A stretch of DNA of 64,000 nt from Candidatus Fermentibacteraceae bacterium (GCA_041750285.1 JBGSZS010000018.1:224001-288000), one strand, 5' to 3'. Positions 9,417-20,283 are shown, counted from the stretch's first letter. Translations and numbers: made by a program. Notes: generated by a model not told the origin, from the sequence alone.

Positions 9417-9891
9417 ACCTGCACTCCTCCATGCGGTAAAAGGGGATGGGTGTGCCGTCGGCCGTTCGGAGGATGCCTGAACCGGTGACGGCGAAGCCGC
9501 AGCTCTGGTAGGCGCGGATGGCACGGAGATTGGACATTCGCACGGTGAGGCGGACATGGTCGATACCCATTATGAACCTTGCCTCGCGGGTTGCCAGATC
9601 GATGGCCCTCCGTCCGATCCCGTGACCCAGAAGTGTGGGGTCGCCGATGATGATGCCAAGGGTTCCCTCGACGGAATTCCAGCGGCGGCGTTCCACCCAC
9701 ACGCCGCCAACATCCCGGCCGTCGGCGGTTATGATGAACCAGACGTATTCGTCACCCCAGCCCGAGAGGTCGGAACCGTTGAACGACTGGGGGCTCACCT
9801 TCTCCATGTATTCATGGGAGCCGATGGCGTCGCTCCAGGCCTGGAGATTGCCAAGATCCCTTTCGGTGATCCGTCGGATGAAGACCTTCAT
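9415..9891 (-). CDS. GNAT family N-acetyltransferase (RimJ/RimL-like)
   Basis: LGIIIGD..LLGHGIGRRAI and N.RAIRAYQSCGF motifs. Confidence 0.85.
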   Translation of the reverse strand: MKVFIRRITERDLGNLQAWSDAIGSHEYMEKVSPQSFNGSDLSGWGDEYVWFIITADGRDVGGVWVERRRWNSVEGTLGIIIGDPTLLGHGIGRRAIDLATREARFIMGIDHVRLTVRMSNLRAIRAYQSCGFAVTGSGILRTADGTPIPFYRMEECR

Positions 9892-10031
9892 GACACCCCG
9901 ATGCGTTTTGTTTACCCGCGGGTAACCTCGAAATTTGGCCGTAACATACGGACGCCTCCGGTTTTGTCAACCAAGGCTTGAACACCCGGCCGGTATCATG
10001 GTAGATTCCTTCGAGAGAGAGGGGGAGGTGT

Positions 10032-10796
10032 TTGGCCGGATCATCGGACAAGGGACACTGGGACAGGTTCTGGAGCAGACCAAGGCGCCTGGAAGAGATT
10101 TACGACAACGACGACAGGATCTGCCGTGAAGCGACCCGCCGATTCCCAGTCAGGGGTCTTCGCACCCTCGAGGTGGGAGCCGCAACCGCCCGCGACAGCG
10201 CTTCACTGGCGAAGAACGGCGCAGTGGCCGTGGCGCTCGACTACTCGCACAAAGCGCTCGCCAGGGCCTCCGAAGCCGGGGGCGGGGTCATGCTGGTGTG
10301 CGGAGATGCCGAGGCCCTGCCGTTCCGTGACGGTGCGTTCGACCTCGTCTTTCACCAGGGGGTCATGGAACACTTCAGAGACCCCGAACCCATGACCCGC
10401 GAGTGCACAAGGGTCACCGCCCCGGGAGGGGTCCTTCTCGTCGACGTTCCCCAGACACTCCACCCCTACACCATCCTGAAGAAGGCACTCATGGCATTGG
10501 GGATCTGGTTCGCGGGATGGGAGACCCAGTACACCGTCAGAAGGCTCAGGGGGTTCCTCGAACGCCACGGTCTCGTTCCTGAAAGCGCTTACGCCCGTTA
10601 CTTCGCCCCTTCCCTCGCCTACAGGCTGCTCAGGGAAGTCCTGCTGCGCCTGGGAGCACGAATGCCGCTTCGTCCGGTGCTGATCCCTCCCGTGCACCGG
10701 TTGAGGAGCAGGGTTCGGTCATCGGTCGAGAACAGCGCTCTGGGGCTTCTGACCGGCTGCGTGATCGGGGTTTTCGCCAGAAAGCCACGGGCTTGA
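10032..10796 (+). CDS. Class I SAM-dependent methyltransferase
   Basis: LEVGAATA, ALDYS, GDAEALPF.DGAFD, GVMEH. TTG start after GGAGG. Confidence 0.85.
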   Translation: MAGSSDKGHWDRFWSRPRRLEEIYDNDDRICREATRRFPVRGLRTLEVGAATARDSASLAKNGAVAVALDYSHKALARASEAGGGVMLVCGDAEALPFRDGAFDLVFHQGVMEHFRDPEPMTRECTRVTAPGGVLLVDVPQTLHPYTILKKALMALGIWFAGWETQYTVRRLRGFLERHGLVPESAYARYFAPSLAYRLLREVLLRLGARMPLRPVLIPPVHRLRSRVRSSVENSALGLLTGCVIGVFARKPRA

Positions 10797-11899
10797 GGAT
10801 ACTCGCCCTTAACTGGCGCGATCCGCTGAACCCCGAAGCGGGAGGCGCGGAGATCCACCTCCACCAGGTACTGAAGCGCGCTGTCGCCGCAGGGCACAGC
10901 GTTCTGCAGGTCTCGCACGAGGTGCAGGGCCTTGCCCCGATCCAGGGAATAGACGGGGTGGAGGTCCACAGAAAGGGACGCTGGTACTCCTACAACCTCA
11001 CGGTCCGGAGCTACTGCGAGAAACTGGGGCTCTCCTCCTTCGACCTCATCGTGGAGGACATCTGCAAGGTGCCGGTTTTCTCGCCCCGGTGGTCCCGGAC
11101 ACCTGTGCTGGCAGTGGTTCCCCACCTTTTCGGAACAACGGCCTACCGCGAGGTGGGTCCGCTGAAAGCGCTTTACGTGAACGCTCTTGAAAGCATGATC
11201 CCCCGGGTCTACAGGGGCTGCACCTTCGTGGCCATAAGCGGGAGCACGAAGCGAGACCTTGTGAGAAGGGGGGTTCCCGGGGAAAGGGTGCTTGTCATAC
11301 CGTGCGGGATGGACACCGGAACCTACAGCCCAGACCCCGGAGTGCCAGTCTCGCACGGGGTGTTCCTGTACCTGGGGCGGCTCAGGAAGTACAAGGGCGT
11401 TCAGCACGCCATAAGGGCGATCTCCATCCTCAGGGACAGGGGAGTAGCCGCAAGTTTGACTGTTGTTGGCGACGGCGAATACGCGGGAGAGCTGAAAAAC
11501 CTTGCAAAGAGGTTCGGTCTTGGGGATTCCGTCACGTTCACGGGCTTCGTACCAATATCGGAGGCTCTCCACTGGCTCAGAACCTGCTATGCAGCGGTGT
11601 TCCCCTCCGAGAAGGAGGGGTGGGGGCTAACCGTCATCGAGGCCAACTGCTGCGGAGCCCCGGTGATAGCCAGCCGTTCCGACGGCCTTACCGACTCGGT
11701 GCGCGACGGTGAAACGGGCGTTCTTGTACCCCACGGCGATCCGGCCGCACTGGCGAATGCAATGCAGGACCTGCTGGAAAACCCTGAGAAAAGGGCAAGT
11801 CTCTCTGCTGGAGGGCTCGAATGGGGGAGGTCGTTCCACTGGGACCGCACCGGGGCGGACATGATCAGGGTCATGGAGGCCGCTGTCAGCGGCCGGTGA
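10793..11899 (+). CDS. Glycosyltransferase family 4
   Basis: WRDPLNPEAGGAE, GRLRKYKG, EGWGLTVIEA. Confidence 0.9.
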   Translation: MRILALNWRDPLNPEAGGAEIHLHQVLKRAVAAGHSVLQVSHEVQGLAPIQGIDGVEVHRKGRWYSYNLTVRSYCEKLGLSSFDLIVEDICKVPVFSPRWSRTPVLAVVPHLFGTTAYREVGPLKALYVNALESMIPRVYRGCTFVAISGSTKRDLVRRGVPGERVLVIPCGMDTGTYSPDPGVPVSHGVFLYLGRLRKYKGVQHAIRAISILRDRGVAASLTVVGDGEYAGELKNLAKRFGLGDSVTFTGFVPISEALHWLRTCYAAVFPSEKEGWGLTVIEANCCGAPVIASRSDGLTDSVRDGETGVLVPHGDPAALANAMQDLLENPEKRASLSAGGLEWGRSFHWDRTGADMIRVMEAAVSGR

Positions 11900-12596
11900 G
11901 AAGCCTTTCCGCAAGGAATGGCGGCAGACCGCACCTGCGGATCTCCTTCGCGGTGGTGTCAACCGGATAGGAAACCCTGAATCCCTCTGCCGTCAGGGTT
12001 TCGGTGTCCACCACCATGAACGACGCTGCAGGGTTGCCGTCTCGTGGCTGACCGACGCTGCCGCAGTTCACAAGGGTGTACTTTCGAAGGTCGACGGAGC
12101 CGGGAGTGGTCCGGATGGCCCCGTGCCCCCATGCGCAGGGGCGGTGGGTGTGGCCGAAGAACCATGTCTCGCCGGGGGTTTCCAGAAGGACCTCCCGGGC
12201 ACTCGCCGCCCCAAGTATGTACTCCCACGATCCCGGAGCAACGGGATTTGCGTGACAGAATCCCATCTCTTCCCTGACGAGGGTCAGGGGAAGACCGGCA
12301 AGCCACCGGGTTTCGGCTTCGCCGAGCTGCGTGTTCGTCCATAAAATGGCTGCGGCTCCCCACACGTTGAACCTCGAAAGCGGAAGGAGCCCCGCGCAGC
12401 CGTGGTCATGATTGCCGGCAACCACCCCGTCGCACGACTCCCGCACAAGGGCGATGCACTGGGATGGCCATGGTCCGTAACCCGTTATGTCGCCGAGGCA
12501 TATCGTGCTGTCGCAGCAGGTCCCGGCCGGGTGCTCGAGAACCTTCTCCAGCGCGGGCAGGTTGCCGTGTATGTCACTGACTATCCGAAGCCTCAG
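11886..12596 (-). CDS. Calcineurin-like metallophosphoesterase (YfcE-like)
   Basis: SDIHGN, GDITGYGP, GNHD, GHTH, NCGSVGQPRDG. The first motif requires a start upstream of the track call; CTG at 12596. Confidence 0.85.
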   Translation of the reverse strand: MRLRIVSDIHGNLPALEKVLEHPAGTCCDSTICLGDITGYGPWPSQCIALVRESCDGVVAGNHDHGCAGLLPLSRFNVWGAAAILWTNTQLGEAETRWLAGLPLTLVREEMGFCHANPVAPGSWEYILGAASAREVLLETPGETWFFGHTHRPCAWGHGAIRTTPGSVDLRKYTLVNCGSVGQPRDGNPAASFMVVDTETLTAEGFRVSYPVDTTAKEIRRCGLPPFLAERLLTGR

Positions 12597-13005
12597 TGCC
12601 CTTCCCCCCGTCCTTCACGAGTACCCTGTGAAGCACGCCGTTCACGAAGGCGCCCGCTCCGGGCTGGTCGAACTCCTCGGCGATGCGGACCGACTCCCTG
12701 ATTACCACCGGAGCCGGAGTGCCCACGTAAAGGGCCTCAGCAACAGCCTGTTCAAGCAAGAGCCTCGTCACGAGCGACAGCCTGTCCAGCGACCAGTTCG
12801 ACAGCGCCGCCCCGATCTGACGCGAGATATCCGAGCTGTGCTTCACAGAGGCCTCGGCTATGCTTCTGATCCAGGTTCTGGTCTCGTTGTCGAACAGACC
12901 GCTGAAGCCCAGATCGTCGAGATTGCCGGACACCGTGGCGCCATTGAGGCTGGCGGCGTACCGGCTTTGAAGAAGGAACTTGCGTGCCCTCGAGCGCATC
13001 CCCAC
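12574..13005 (-). CDS. nusB: Transcription antitermination factor NusB
   Basis: RSRARKFLLQ, NWSLDRL, P.PVVIRESVRIA..F, FVNGVL. Follows ribH. Confidence 0.85.
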   Translation of the reverse strand: MGMRSRARKFLLQSRYAASLNGATVSGNLDDLGFSGLFDNETRTWIRSIAEASVKHSSDISRQIGAALSNWSLDRLSLVTRLLLEQAVAEALYVGTPAPVVIRESVRIAEEFDQPGAGAFVNGVLHRVLVKDGGKGTEASDSQ

Positions 13006-13006
13006 G

Positions 13007-13531
13007 TTATCGGCCCGCCGGTTCTTCCATCGTGTCCTCCCCTGATTCGTCAAGGTCGGAGAAACCGTAGACCTGACGGTAGAGGTTGACCATCTCAAGG
13101 GCGGTGAGCGCCGCGTCGAAGCCCCTGTTCCCGCTCTTCGCACCTGCCCTGTCTACGGCCTGTTCAACGGTGTCCGCCGTAACGATGCCGTAGGCTACGG
13201 GGATCTTCGCGTCCATTCCCGCCTTTGCGACTCCCTTGGCGCTCTCCGCCGCCACGAAATCGAAGTGGGGGGTTTCACCCCGTATCACCGCGCCAAGGCA
13301 GATGACCATGTCGAAACCGCCCGAATCTGCTAGCCTTGCGGCCATTGCCGGTATCTCCCATGCGCCGGGAACCATGAAGACGTCCATGTCACCGTCTTGA
13401 ACGCCGTGGCGAAGAAGGCAGTCGGTGGCGCCTTCGAGAAGCTTCGAGGTGATGAATCCGTTGAATCTCGAGACTACGAGGGCCGCCTTCAGACCCTCAC
13501 CGTCGAGTTGTCCCTCATGAATCCATGCCAT
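13007..13531 (-). CDS. ribH: 6,7-dimethyl-8-ribityllumazine synthase
   Basis: [27 protein letters not shown]. Confidence 0.95.
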   Translation of the reverse strand: MAWIHEGQLDGEGLKAALVVSRFNGFITSKLLEGATDCLLRHGVQDGDMDVFMVPGAWEIPAMAARLADSGGFDMVICLGAVIRGETPHFDFVAAESAKGVAKAGMDAKIPVAYGIVTADTVEQAVDRAGAKSGNRGFDAALTALEMVNLYRQVYGFSDLDESGEDTMEEPAGR

Positions 13532-14747
13532 CTTCGCAGACTCCCTTCAGAATGTGGCCCATCTTGTTCTTCTTCGTGGCAAGGTAAAACCTGTTGTCGT
13601 CGGTGGGGCAGATCTCGAGGCCCACCCTCTCCGTAACGTTCAGACCGTATCCGGAAAGCCCGACTATCTTCTTGGGGTTGTTGGTGAGAAGCCTGATGCT
13701 CGTGAGCCCCAGGCGGACGAGTATCTGCGCTCCCGTGCCGTATTCGCGGAGGTCGGGGGCGAATCCCAGTTTCTCGTTGGCCTCCACCGTATCGAGGCCG
13801 TGGTCCTGAAGGTGGTAGGCCCTGATCTTGTTGGCGAGCCCTATGCCCCTGCCCTCCTGGGCCATGTAGAGAACCACGCCCAGTCCCTCTTCCGAAATTC
13901 GCTTCATGGCGCCGTGAAGCTGTGAGCCGCAGTCACACCGCCTGCTCTGAAAGACGTCTCCCGTGAGGCACTGTGAATGTACCCTCACCAGTACGTTTTC
14001 TGCGCCCCTCACCTCACCCTTCACAAGGGCAACATGGGTCGCGCCGTCCACAAGGCTCCGGAACACCATCATGCGGAACTCGCCGAACTCCGTCGGAAGG
14101 ACGGCCTGGGCCTGAAGCTCGACGAGCACCTCGGTCCTGCGCCGGTGGTTCACGAGTTCGGCAACGGAGGTGATTATGAGCCCGTGTTTCTCACCGAATT
14201 CCCTCAGTTGGGGAAGGCGGGCCATGGTGCCGTCGTCGTTCATTATCTCACAGATGACCCCGGCGGGGAAAAGCCCGGCAAGCCTTGTGAGATCCACAGC
14301 GGCCTCGGTGTGCCCTACACGTGTAAGGACGCCGCCTTCGCGGGCCGCCAGGGGAAAGATGTGGCCGGGCCGGGCCAGGTCCTCGGGGCGTGAGGCGGGG
14401 TCGATGGCAACGGAGATCGTCCGGGCCCTGTCCGCCGCGCTTATGCCCGTCGAGACCCCCGAAACGGCATCGATGCTCACGGTGAAGGCCGTTTCGTGAA
14501 GGGATGTGTTCCGGGGGCACATGTCCCTGAGATCAAGCCTCTCCAGTGCCGCCTTCTCCATCGCAAGGCAGACCAGACCCCTGGCGTGCCTGGCCATGAA
14601 GTTTACAGCGGCCGTGCCGCAGTGTTCGGCGGCCACCAGAAGGTCTCCCTCGTTCTCCCTGTTCTCGTCGTCCACAACGATGACCATGCCGCCGCGACGC
14701 AGAACCTCAAGGGTTTCCGGAACGGTGGCGAATTCAGCCTTGTTCAA
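13515..14747 (-). CDS. ribBA: Bifunctional DHBP synthase / GTP cyclohydrolase II
   Basis: [44 protein letters not shown]. Confidence 0.95.
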   Translation of the reverse strand: MNKAEFATVPETLEVLRRGGMVIVVDDENRENEGDLLVAAEHCGTAAVNFMARHARGLVCLAMEKAALERLDLRDMCPRNTSLHETAFTVSIDAVSGVSTGISAADRARTISVAIDPASRPEDLARPGHIFPLAAREGGVLTRVGHTEAAVDLTRLAGLFPAGVICEIMNDDGTMARLPQLREFGEKHGLIITSVAELVNHRRRTEVLVELQAQAVLPTEFGEFRMMVFRSLVDGATHVALVKGEVRGAENVLVRVHSQCLTGDVFQSRRCDCGSQLHGAMKRISEEGLGVVLYMAQEGRGIGLANKIRAYHLQDHGLDTVEANEKLGFAPDLREYGTGAQILVRLGLTSIRLLTNNPKKIVGLSGYGLNVTERVGLEICPTDDNRFYLATKKNKMGHILKGVCEDGMDS

Positions 14748-15342
14748 TCTTGCGCCTCAATCCGTGCTGTTTTTCGAGGCAATCCATGCCCCTTTGTACG
14801 TATTTTCCGATGATGTCGAACTCCAGGTTCACCTGCGTTCCGGGTTTCCAGTGGGCGGCTCCCGTCCGTGAAAGTGTTTCGGGAATGACGGCAACCGTGA
14901 AGCCCGCCCCGGGGACGAGGCCGGCCACCGTGAGGCTGATCCCCGAAACTGCCACGGAACCCTTCTCCACAAGCAAACCGTGCCACTCACCGGGGCAGGT
15001 GATCCTGACCGTGGCGAACCCGTCCTGGTTGCGAACGGCGCCCACCGTCCCGGTGCAGTCGACGTGTCCGGTGACGAGATGGCCGTGAAGCCTGCCATCC
15101 AGCCTCAGGGGCCGTTCGAGGTTCACGGGAGCGCCCGCCCTGAAAGGCACCGTTCTTCGAAGTGTTTCGGGGCTTACCCTGAAAGACACCCTTTTGCCGG
15201 ACACCTTCTCCACCGAGAGGCAGGAGCCGTCAACGGCTAGGCTCTCTCCCGGGAGAAGCCCCGGCGCGAGAGCAGTTTCCAGCACCAGGAGGCTCCCTGC
15301 GGAAACCACCCTGCCCAAGTCCTCAATCAGCCCTGTAAACAA
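14734..15342 (-). CDS. ribE: Riboflavin synthase alpha chain
   Basis: (M)FTGLIE N-terminus with TTG start, [27 protein letters not shown]. Confidence 0.92.
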   Translation of the reverse strand: MFTGLIEDLGRVVSAGSLLVLETALAPGLLPGESLAVDGSCLSVEKVSGKRVSFRVSPETLRRTVPFRAGAPVNLERPLRLDGRLHGHLVTGHVDCTGTVGAVRNQDGFATVRITCPGEWHGLLVEKGSVAVSGISLTVAGLVPGAGFTVAVIPETLSRTGAAHWKPGTQVNLEFDIIGKYVQRGMDCLEKQHGLRRKIEQG

Positions 15343-16384
15343 GCCTGCCCTCCACGAGTACATCTCCGTCAAGAGCTTCCACCACGGGGTCTTCGAGCGT
15401 CAGGGCGCTGCCAACGTCGGTCACCCAGAGGTCGTGAAAAACCGGCACCCCGCTCCCTCCCAGAAGCTTGGGTGCAGTGAACACGCTCAGCCGGTCCACC
15501 AGACCCTCATTGACAAGGGCAGTCGCGAGACGGGGCCCACCCTCGCAGAGAACGAGTCCGATACCCATCGAAAGAGTGCGTGACAAAAGCTTCTCGAGCG
15601 AGCTGAATCTGATGACCTCTCCAGGAGGGTCCCAAGGGCACCCATCCTGAACGGCCGTGATGGTTCGCGCCCCGTCTGAGTATACGTTCAGTTCCTGTGG
15701 AAGGGGGCTTCCGGCGACTATTATGCGAACCGGCAGGGGACCCTGCCGACCCGTCGAAAGGGTCGGATTGTCGCGCAGGGCGGTTCCGGCTCCCACCATC
15801 ACGGCGTGGGCGGATTCCCGCATCGCTCTCACCCTCTCCCGGGCCGCGGCGCCGGTGATCCAGCGGCTGCTGCCGTCGGATGCCGCCGCCCTGCCGTCGA
15901 GTGAGACCGCCATCTTCAGATGAAGAAAGCTCCTGTGAGAATTCAGGCAGTGGATCCATACACGGTTCAACTCCCGCGCTTCGTTTTCCAGAAGACCGAT
16001 CTCGACCTCCACCCCGTGCTCACGAAGCAGGGCTGCTCCCCTGCCGCTGACCCTGGGGTCGGGATCCTCCATGGCTGCCACGACACGCCCTATCCGCGAT
16101 GCCAGGATGGCTTCCACGCACGGTGGGGTCCTGCCGTGATGAACGCATGGCTCGAGCGTTACGACAAGGGTCGACCCCTCGAGGCTGCCGGAGGCCTTCC
16201 CGATTGCCGCGGCTTCGGCGTGGGGACCCCCGCAGCAGCTGTGATGGGCTTCGGACAGGGTTTTGCCCCGGGGATCGAGGATGACGGCGCCAACCATGGG
16301 GTTGGGAAAGACACCGGGCCAGCCGTCGCGGGCCAGGGCAATTGCCCTGTTCATGGCTGCGAGTTCGGCTGCCCGCCGGTTCAC
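15323..16384 (-). CDS. ribD: Riboflavin deaminase/reductase
   Basis: PNPMVGAV, HAE, TLEPC.HHGRTPPC, SLDG, EGG. GTGA overlap with the upstream stop. Confidence 0.92.
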   Translation of the reverse strand: MNRRAAELAAMNRAIALARDGWPGVFPNPMVGAVILDPRGKTLSEAHHSCCGGPHAEAAAIGKASGSLEGSTLVVTLEPCVHHGRTPPCVEAILASRIGRVVAAMEDPDPRVSGRGAALLREHGVEVEIGLLENEARELNRVWIHCLNSHRSFLHLKMAVSLDGRAAASDGSSRWITGAAARERVRAMRESAHAVMVGAGTALRDNPTLSTGRQGPLPVRIIVAGSPLPQELNVYSDGARTITAVQDGCPWDPPGEVIRFSSLEKLLSRTLSMGIGLVLCEGGPRLATALVNEGLVDRLSVFTAPKLLGGSGVPVFHDLWVTDVGSALTLEDPVVEALDGDVLVEGRLVYRAD

Positions 16385-17793
16385 TCCGTGATCTCCCTTA
16401 CACTGAGCCTTCCGATGACCGCGTTTATGGTGTACTGATCCTCGAGGCTGCCCATTGCGAGAATGATGTGCGTGGCGTCGGCCAGCAGCATGCCGAACGT
16501 CGGGTCCATCGGAACCCAGCGCCCCACCCAGACGGTCGGCCACGCGTGATATCCGAACCTGCCCTCGTCGATGTAGACTATTCCATTGCAGACGGCCGAG
16601 GGTATCCCCGCCGCCCTCGCAAGGGCCACGAAAAGCGCCGTATGCTCGTTGCAATCGCCCCTCATCGCGTCCAGAACATCAACAGCTGAAGGCAGTGAAA
16701 CGGTGGGCACGTCCTCGACGGCCATGTCCACGAAGCGGCAGATGGCCGAGGCGGCCTCCCACGAATCCGTGCAGCCCCGGGTGAGGCTGTCCGCCAGCGC
16801 CACGATCGCCGGGTCGTCGGACTGAAGCAGGGGCTCGGCGGCCAGATGGGCAAGAAGGCTGTCGGGTACCTCAGTCATGGGAAAGGGCGGTGTCTCCTCA
16901 GGGGATGGCAGCACGGCAGAGACATGCACGACCGGGCCGGCGGCTGAGGTCTGGAGCCCGGGGTAGTCGAGGTCGAACATGTTCCACTCGATGTCGCCCT
17001 CGAGAAGCCAGGTGCGCTCGCCGCCCGACCTGGGGTCGGTTACGACCGTGGAGGCAACCGAATAGAGCATGTAGAGATCGTTTCCCGGGTCGATTTCGGC
17101 GCTGGTGCCGGGCGGAACCCTTGTGAGTATCATGCCCAGTCCCTGCTCCTCCTCGCGTATGATCTGACCCTCGTGCACCCAGACCATGTTCCTCATCCCG
17201 GCCTGGCTGATCTCCAGACGGAACGCCGGGACCGTGTCGCCCAGAAGGTCCATGTCTTCCGTGGCCTGACAGGTGACGGTCGCTTCAAGGATCGTTCCGG
17301 TCGACGGGTCGAATGTCTGGTAGACCCTCTCCTCGCCGGGTGACCACTGCATGCCGGCGGCTGCCAGGTCCATGAAGGCCGGGAGGTAGTCGCCCTCGAA
17401 CTCCACGCTGCGGGATATCTCCCGTCCCGAAGTGTTTATCGTGGTCTCGACGGCGCCTTCGCGCCTTACGGCGTTCACGCTTATCTCGCTGGTGCCGTCG
17501 CTCATCACCATGGAAAGGGTTCCGAGGTCGTAATCGGTGCCTGTTCTGGCACTGGAGGTCATGGTCACACGGCGCTCGGTCCCCAGAAGCACTATGACCC
17601 ATTCCATGTCCTGTTCGACAAGAAGCGAATCGGCGCCCATCTGCCCGACGGACATGGTCATGTAGCCGACGCTCTGGCCCTGCAGGCTCACCGCGAACCT
17701 CTGCAGGTCCGCGGAGGCAAAGGTGGCCCTGGGCACGGGAGCGCCGCATGCACAGAGAACCAGCAATGACAGGAGAACACAGAGAGCGATCAT
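16381..17793 (-). CDS. Transglutaminase-like domain lipoprotein
   Basis: Lipobox-like LCAC; GDCNEH, YHAW, MDPT catalytic triad. ATGA overlap with wecB. Confidence 0.8.
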   Translation of the reverse strand: MIALCVLLSLLVLCACGAPVPRATFASADLQRFAVSLQGQSVGYMTMSVGQMGADSLLVEQDMEWVIVLLGTERRVTMTSSARTGTDYDLGTLSMVMSDGTSEISVNAVRREGAVETTINTSGREISRSVEFEGDYLPAFMDLAAAGMQWSPGEERVYQTFDPSTGTILEATVTCQATEDMDLLGDTVPAFRLEISQAGMRNMVWVHEGQIIREEEQGLGMILTRVPPGTSAEIDPGNDLYMLYSVASTVVTDPRSGGERTWLLEGDIEWNMFDLDYPGLQTSAAGPVVHVSAVLPSPEETPPFPMTEVPDSLLAHLAAEPLLQSDDPAIVALADSLTRGCTDSWEAASAICRFVDMAVEDVPTVSLPSAVDVLDAMRGDCNEHTALFVALARAAGIPSAVCNGIVYIDEGRFGYHAWPTVWVGRWVPMDPTFGMLLADATHIILAMGSLEDQYTINAVIGRLSVREITE

Positions 17794-18842
17794 GATCTGC
17801 CTCCTTGAAGGAACCGTTCGATGGCATCGGCGGAACGCCTGCCGGCGGCGCCGTCCCAGAACGGGATGTCGCGGTGTGCGGAACCACGGCTCGCAAGCCT
17901 TTCCGCAACTGCTGCGGGAATATCCCCGGGTTCGGGGCAGAGAACGTTCGTACCGATCAGGCAGGTTATGGGCCGCTCGGTGTTGGGTCTCACCGTGACG
18001 CAGGGAATCCCCATCACGCTGGTCTCTTCCTGAACGCCTCCCGAATCGGTGATGACCACCGCCGAACGCCTCTGGTGGGCTATGAACGCAAGGTAGGTCA
18101 TGGGGGGGACGAGTGTGAGATTGGTCGGCATGGCAAGCCCCCATTCACGGATGTTTTTCAGTGTCCGGGGGTGGGCCGGGAACACAAGGGGGAGCTCAAG
18201 CTCACCAAAGGCGGCCATTATGCGGCACAGCTTCGAACGGTCGTCAACGTTCCCGGGGCGGTGCAGGGTTACCAGAGCGAAGTCGCCGGAGGGAACGGGA
18301 ATGTCATCGGTGAGGGGAAGCAGCCTTAGCAGGGTATCGATCATGGTGTTGCCTGTCATGATCACCGAGCTTTCGGGCCTTCCCTCGGAGAGAAGGTTGT
18401 CACGGGCTTCGGGGCTGGTGATGAGCAGAAGGCTGGCGATCTGATCGGTGAGAAGCCTGTTGATCTCTTCGGGCATGGTGCGGTCGAAACTGCGGAGCCC
18501 CGCTTCGAGGTGGATGACGGGAACACCGTGACGCACCGCGACCAGGGAACAGGCCAGTGTCGAGTTCACATCGCCGACCACCACCACCGCTTCGGGAAGG
18601 TTGCGGAGCATGACGGGTTCGTAGGCTTCCATGATGCGGGCGGTCTGGGAGGAGATGGACCCTCCGCCGCACCCCAGCGAGACGTCTGGCATGGGCAGCC
18701 CGAGCTGCTCGAAGAAGCTGCCGGACATTGAATGGTCGTAGTGCTGCCCGGTGTGAACGATCCTGTAAGGGAACGATGCGGCCCGCACGAGGGGATCGAT
18801 CTTCATGAAGTTCGGCCTTGCGCCGCAGACGACATCAATCAA
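17790..18842 (-). CDS. wecB: UDP-N-acetylglucosamine 2-epimerase (non-hydrolysing)
   Basis: GARPNFMK, HTGQHYD, GDVNST, HLEAGLRS, PEEINR, TDSGGVQEE. Confidence 0.92.
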   Translation of the reverse strand: MIDVVCGARPNFMKIDPLVRAASFPYRIVHTGQHYDHSMSGSFFEQLGLPMPDVSLGCGGGSISSQTARIMEAYEPVMLRNLPEAVVVVGDVNSTLACSLVAVRHGVPVIHLEAGLRSFDRTMPEEINRLLTDQIASLLLITSPEARDNLLSEGRPESSVIMTGNTMIDTLLRLLPLTDDIPVPSGDFALVTLHRPGNVDDRSKLCRIMAAFGELELPLVFPAHPRTLKNIREWGLAMPTNLTLVPPMTYLAFIAHQRRSAVVITDSGGVQEETSVMGIPCVTVRPNTERPITCLIGTNVLCPEPGDIPAAVAERLASRGSAHRDIPFWDGAAGRRSADAIERFLQGGRS

Positions 18843-19275
18843 GCCCGCACCCTTTCTCGATGAGTTCAAGCCTCTCAGCGTGGCGTCCCCCCTCGAAATC
18901 ACCGGCAAGGAACGCCAGAACGATCTCCCGCGCGTGGAAGGGGGCGGTGAACCCACCGGCCAGAACCAGCACGTTGGCGTTGTTGTGGCGTCTGGAGAAG
19001 GCTGCCATGGTCGTGTTCAAACACAGGGCGGCCCTGATGCCCCTGTGTCTGTTGGCGGCGATGCTCATCCCGATGCCAGAGTTGCAGACCAGAATGCCGC
19101 GATCGCATTCCCCCGAGAGGATTCGCCTGCAGAGGCTGCGGGCAAAGTCGGGGTAATGCACCGAGCGTGTGTCATGCGTGCCGAGGTCGAGCACCTGGTG
19201 ACCGGCTTCGGTAAGGCTCTGAACCAGAAAGGATTTCAGGGGAAAGCCCGCGTGGTCCGATGCTGCAGCGATCAT
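18835..19275 (-). CDS. rpiB: Ribose-5-phosphate isomerase B
   Basis: SDHAG, YPD, CNSGIG, HNNANVL, FEGGRH. Confidence 0.92.
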   Translation of the reverse strand: MIAAASDHAGFPLKSFLVQSLTEAGHQVLDLGTHDTRSVHYPDFARSLCRRILSGECDRGILVCNSGIGMSIAANRHRGIRAALCLNTTMAAFSRRHNNANVLVLAGGFTAPFHAREIVLAFLAGDFEGGRHAERLELIEKGCGLD

Positions 19276-19279
19276 GGAC

Positions 19280-20200
19280 TCAGAGCCCCCCGATGTACGA
19301 TGCGACGACCCCGGACAGGACCAGGCTGCAGAGTTTGCTCTCCGCGCTGTCGGCCCTGCTGGTGAGAACCACCGGATTCCTGGCGCCCATGATCACCGCG
19401 CCCAGCTCACCGCCGGCGAGGAAGATCAGCGTCTTGTAAAGAACGTTTGCCGCCTCGATGTCGGGAAGGAGCATCAGGTCGGCGTTGCCCGCCACGGGAC
19501 CCCCTACCTTCTTGATCCTCACCGACTCCATGCTGACTGCCAGGTCGAGTGCGAGAGGCCCCTGGAACAGGATGTCGCCAAACTCCCCGGCATCGGCCAT
19601 CTTCTGCATGCGGTCGGCCTCGAGGGTGCAGGGCATCTTGTCGTAGGGAACCTCCTTGGCGCACACGTAGGTGCACCTTGGAGGGTCGATCCCCAGTGAG
19701 CGCGCCACGGTGACTGCGTTCCTCAGCATCTCGGTCTTCTGGTCAAAGTCGGGGGCGATGTTCATGGCGGCGTCGGTCACGATGATGAGCTTGTGGTAGC
19801 TTGGGACCTCGAAAGCGGCCACGTGGCTCAGAAGACCATTCCCGCGGATCCCGTGATCCTTGTCAAGGATCGCCTTCAAAAAAGCACTGGTGGCAACCAG
19901 CCCCTTCATAAGAACACCGGCTTCGCCCTTCCTGATGAGGTCGACACCAAGGAAGGAGCTCTCATAGTCGTCCTTCGCCGGGACGATGCGCACACCGTTC
20001 AGGTCGAATCCCGCTTCTTCAGCGGCGGCCCGGATCCCGTCCTCGGGGCCCACCAGCACGCAGTCCACCATGCCGCCCGTGACGGCCTCGTTCACTGCGG
20101 AAAGGGTCTCCACCTCGTCCGCCCTGACAACGGAAACGGTCTGGGATGGGAGTTCACGGGCAAGTTGCTTCAATTGCGAGAGAGAACTGATGGGTTTCAT
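19280..20200 (-). CDS. ptb: Phosphate butyryltransferase / phosphate acyltransferase
   Basis: LMKG, TDAAMNIAP, GPLALDLA, EAANVLYK, VVLTSRADS. Confidence 0.88.
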   Translation of the reverse strand: MKPISSLSQLKQLARELPSQTVSVVRADEVETLSAVNEAVTGGMVDCVLVGPEDGIRAAAEEAGFDLNGVRIVPAKDDYESSFLGVDLIRKGEAGVLMKGLVATSAFLKAILDKDHGIRGNGLLSHVAAFEVPSYHKLIIVTDAAMNIAPDFDQKTEMLRNAVTVARSLGIDPPRCTYVCAKEVPYDKMPCTLEADRMQKMADAGEFGDILFQGPLALDLAVSMESVRIKKVGGPVAGNADLMLLPDIEAANVLYKTLIFLAGGELGAVIMGARNPVVLTSRADSAESKLCSLVLSGVVASYIGGL

Positions 20201-20254
20201 GTTTTCCTCTTTCCTGAAGGTGATTGATGTGCGAAGAGACAAAATACAATATGA

Positions 20255-20283
20255 AATATATCCCGGCGGCCTCGCCGCACCAA
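20255..20283 (-). promoter_or_regulatory. Putative sigma70 promoter of the ptb-rpiB-wecB-rib operon
   Basis: TTGGTG-17 nt-TATATT. Confidence 0.4.
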
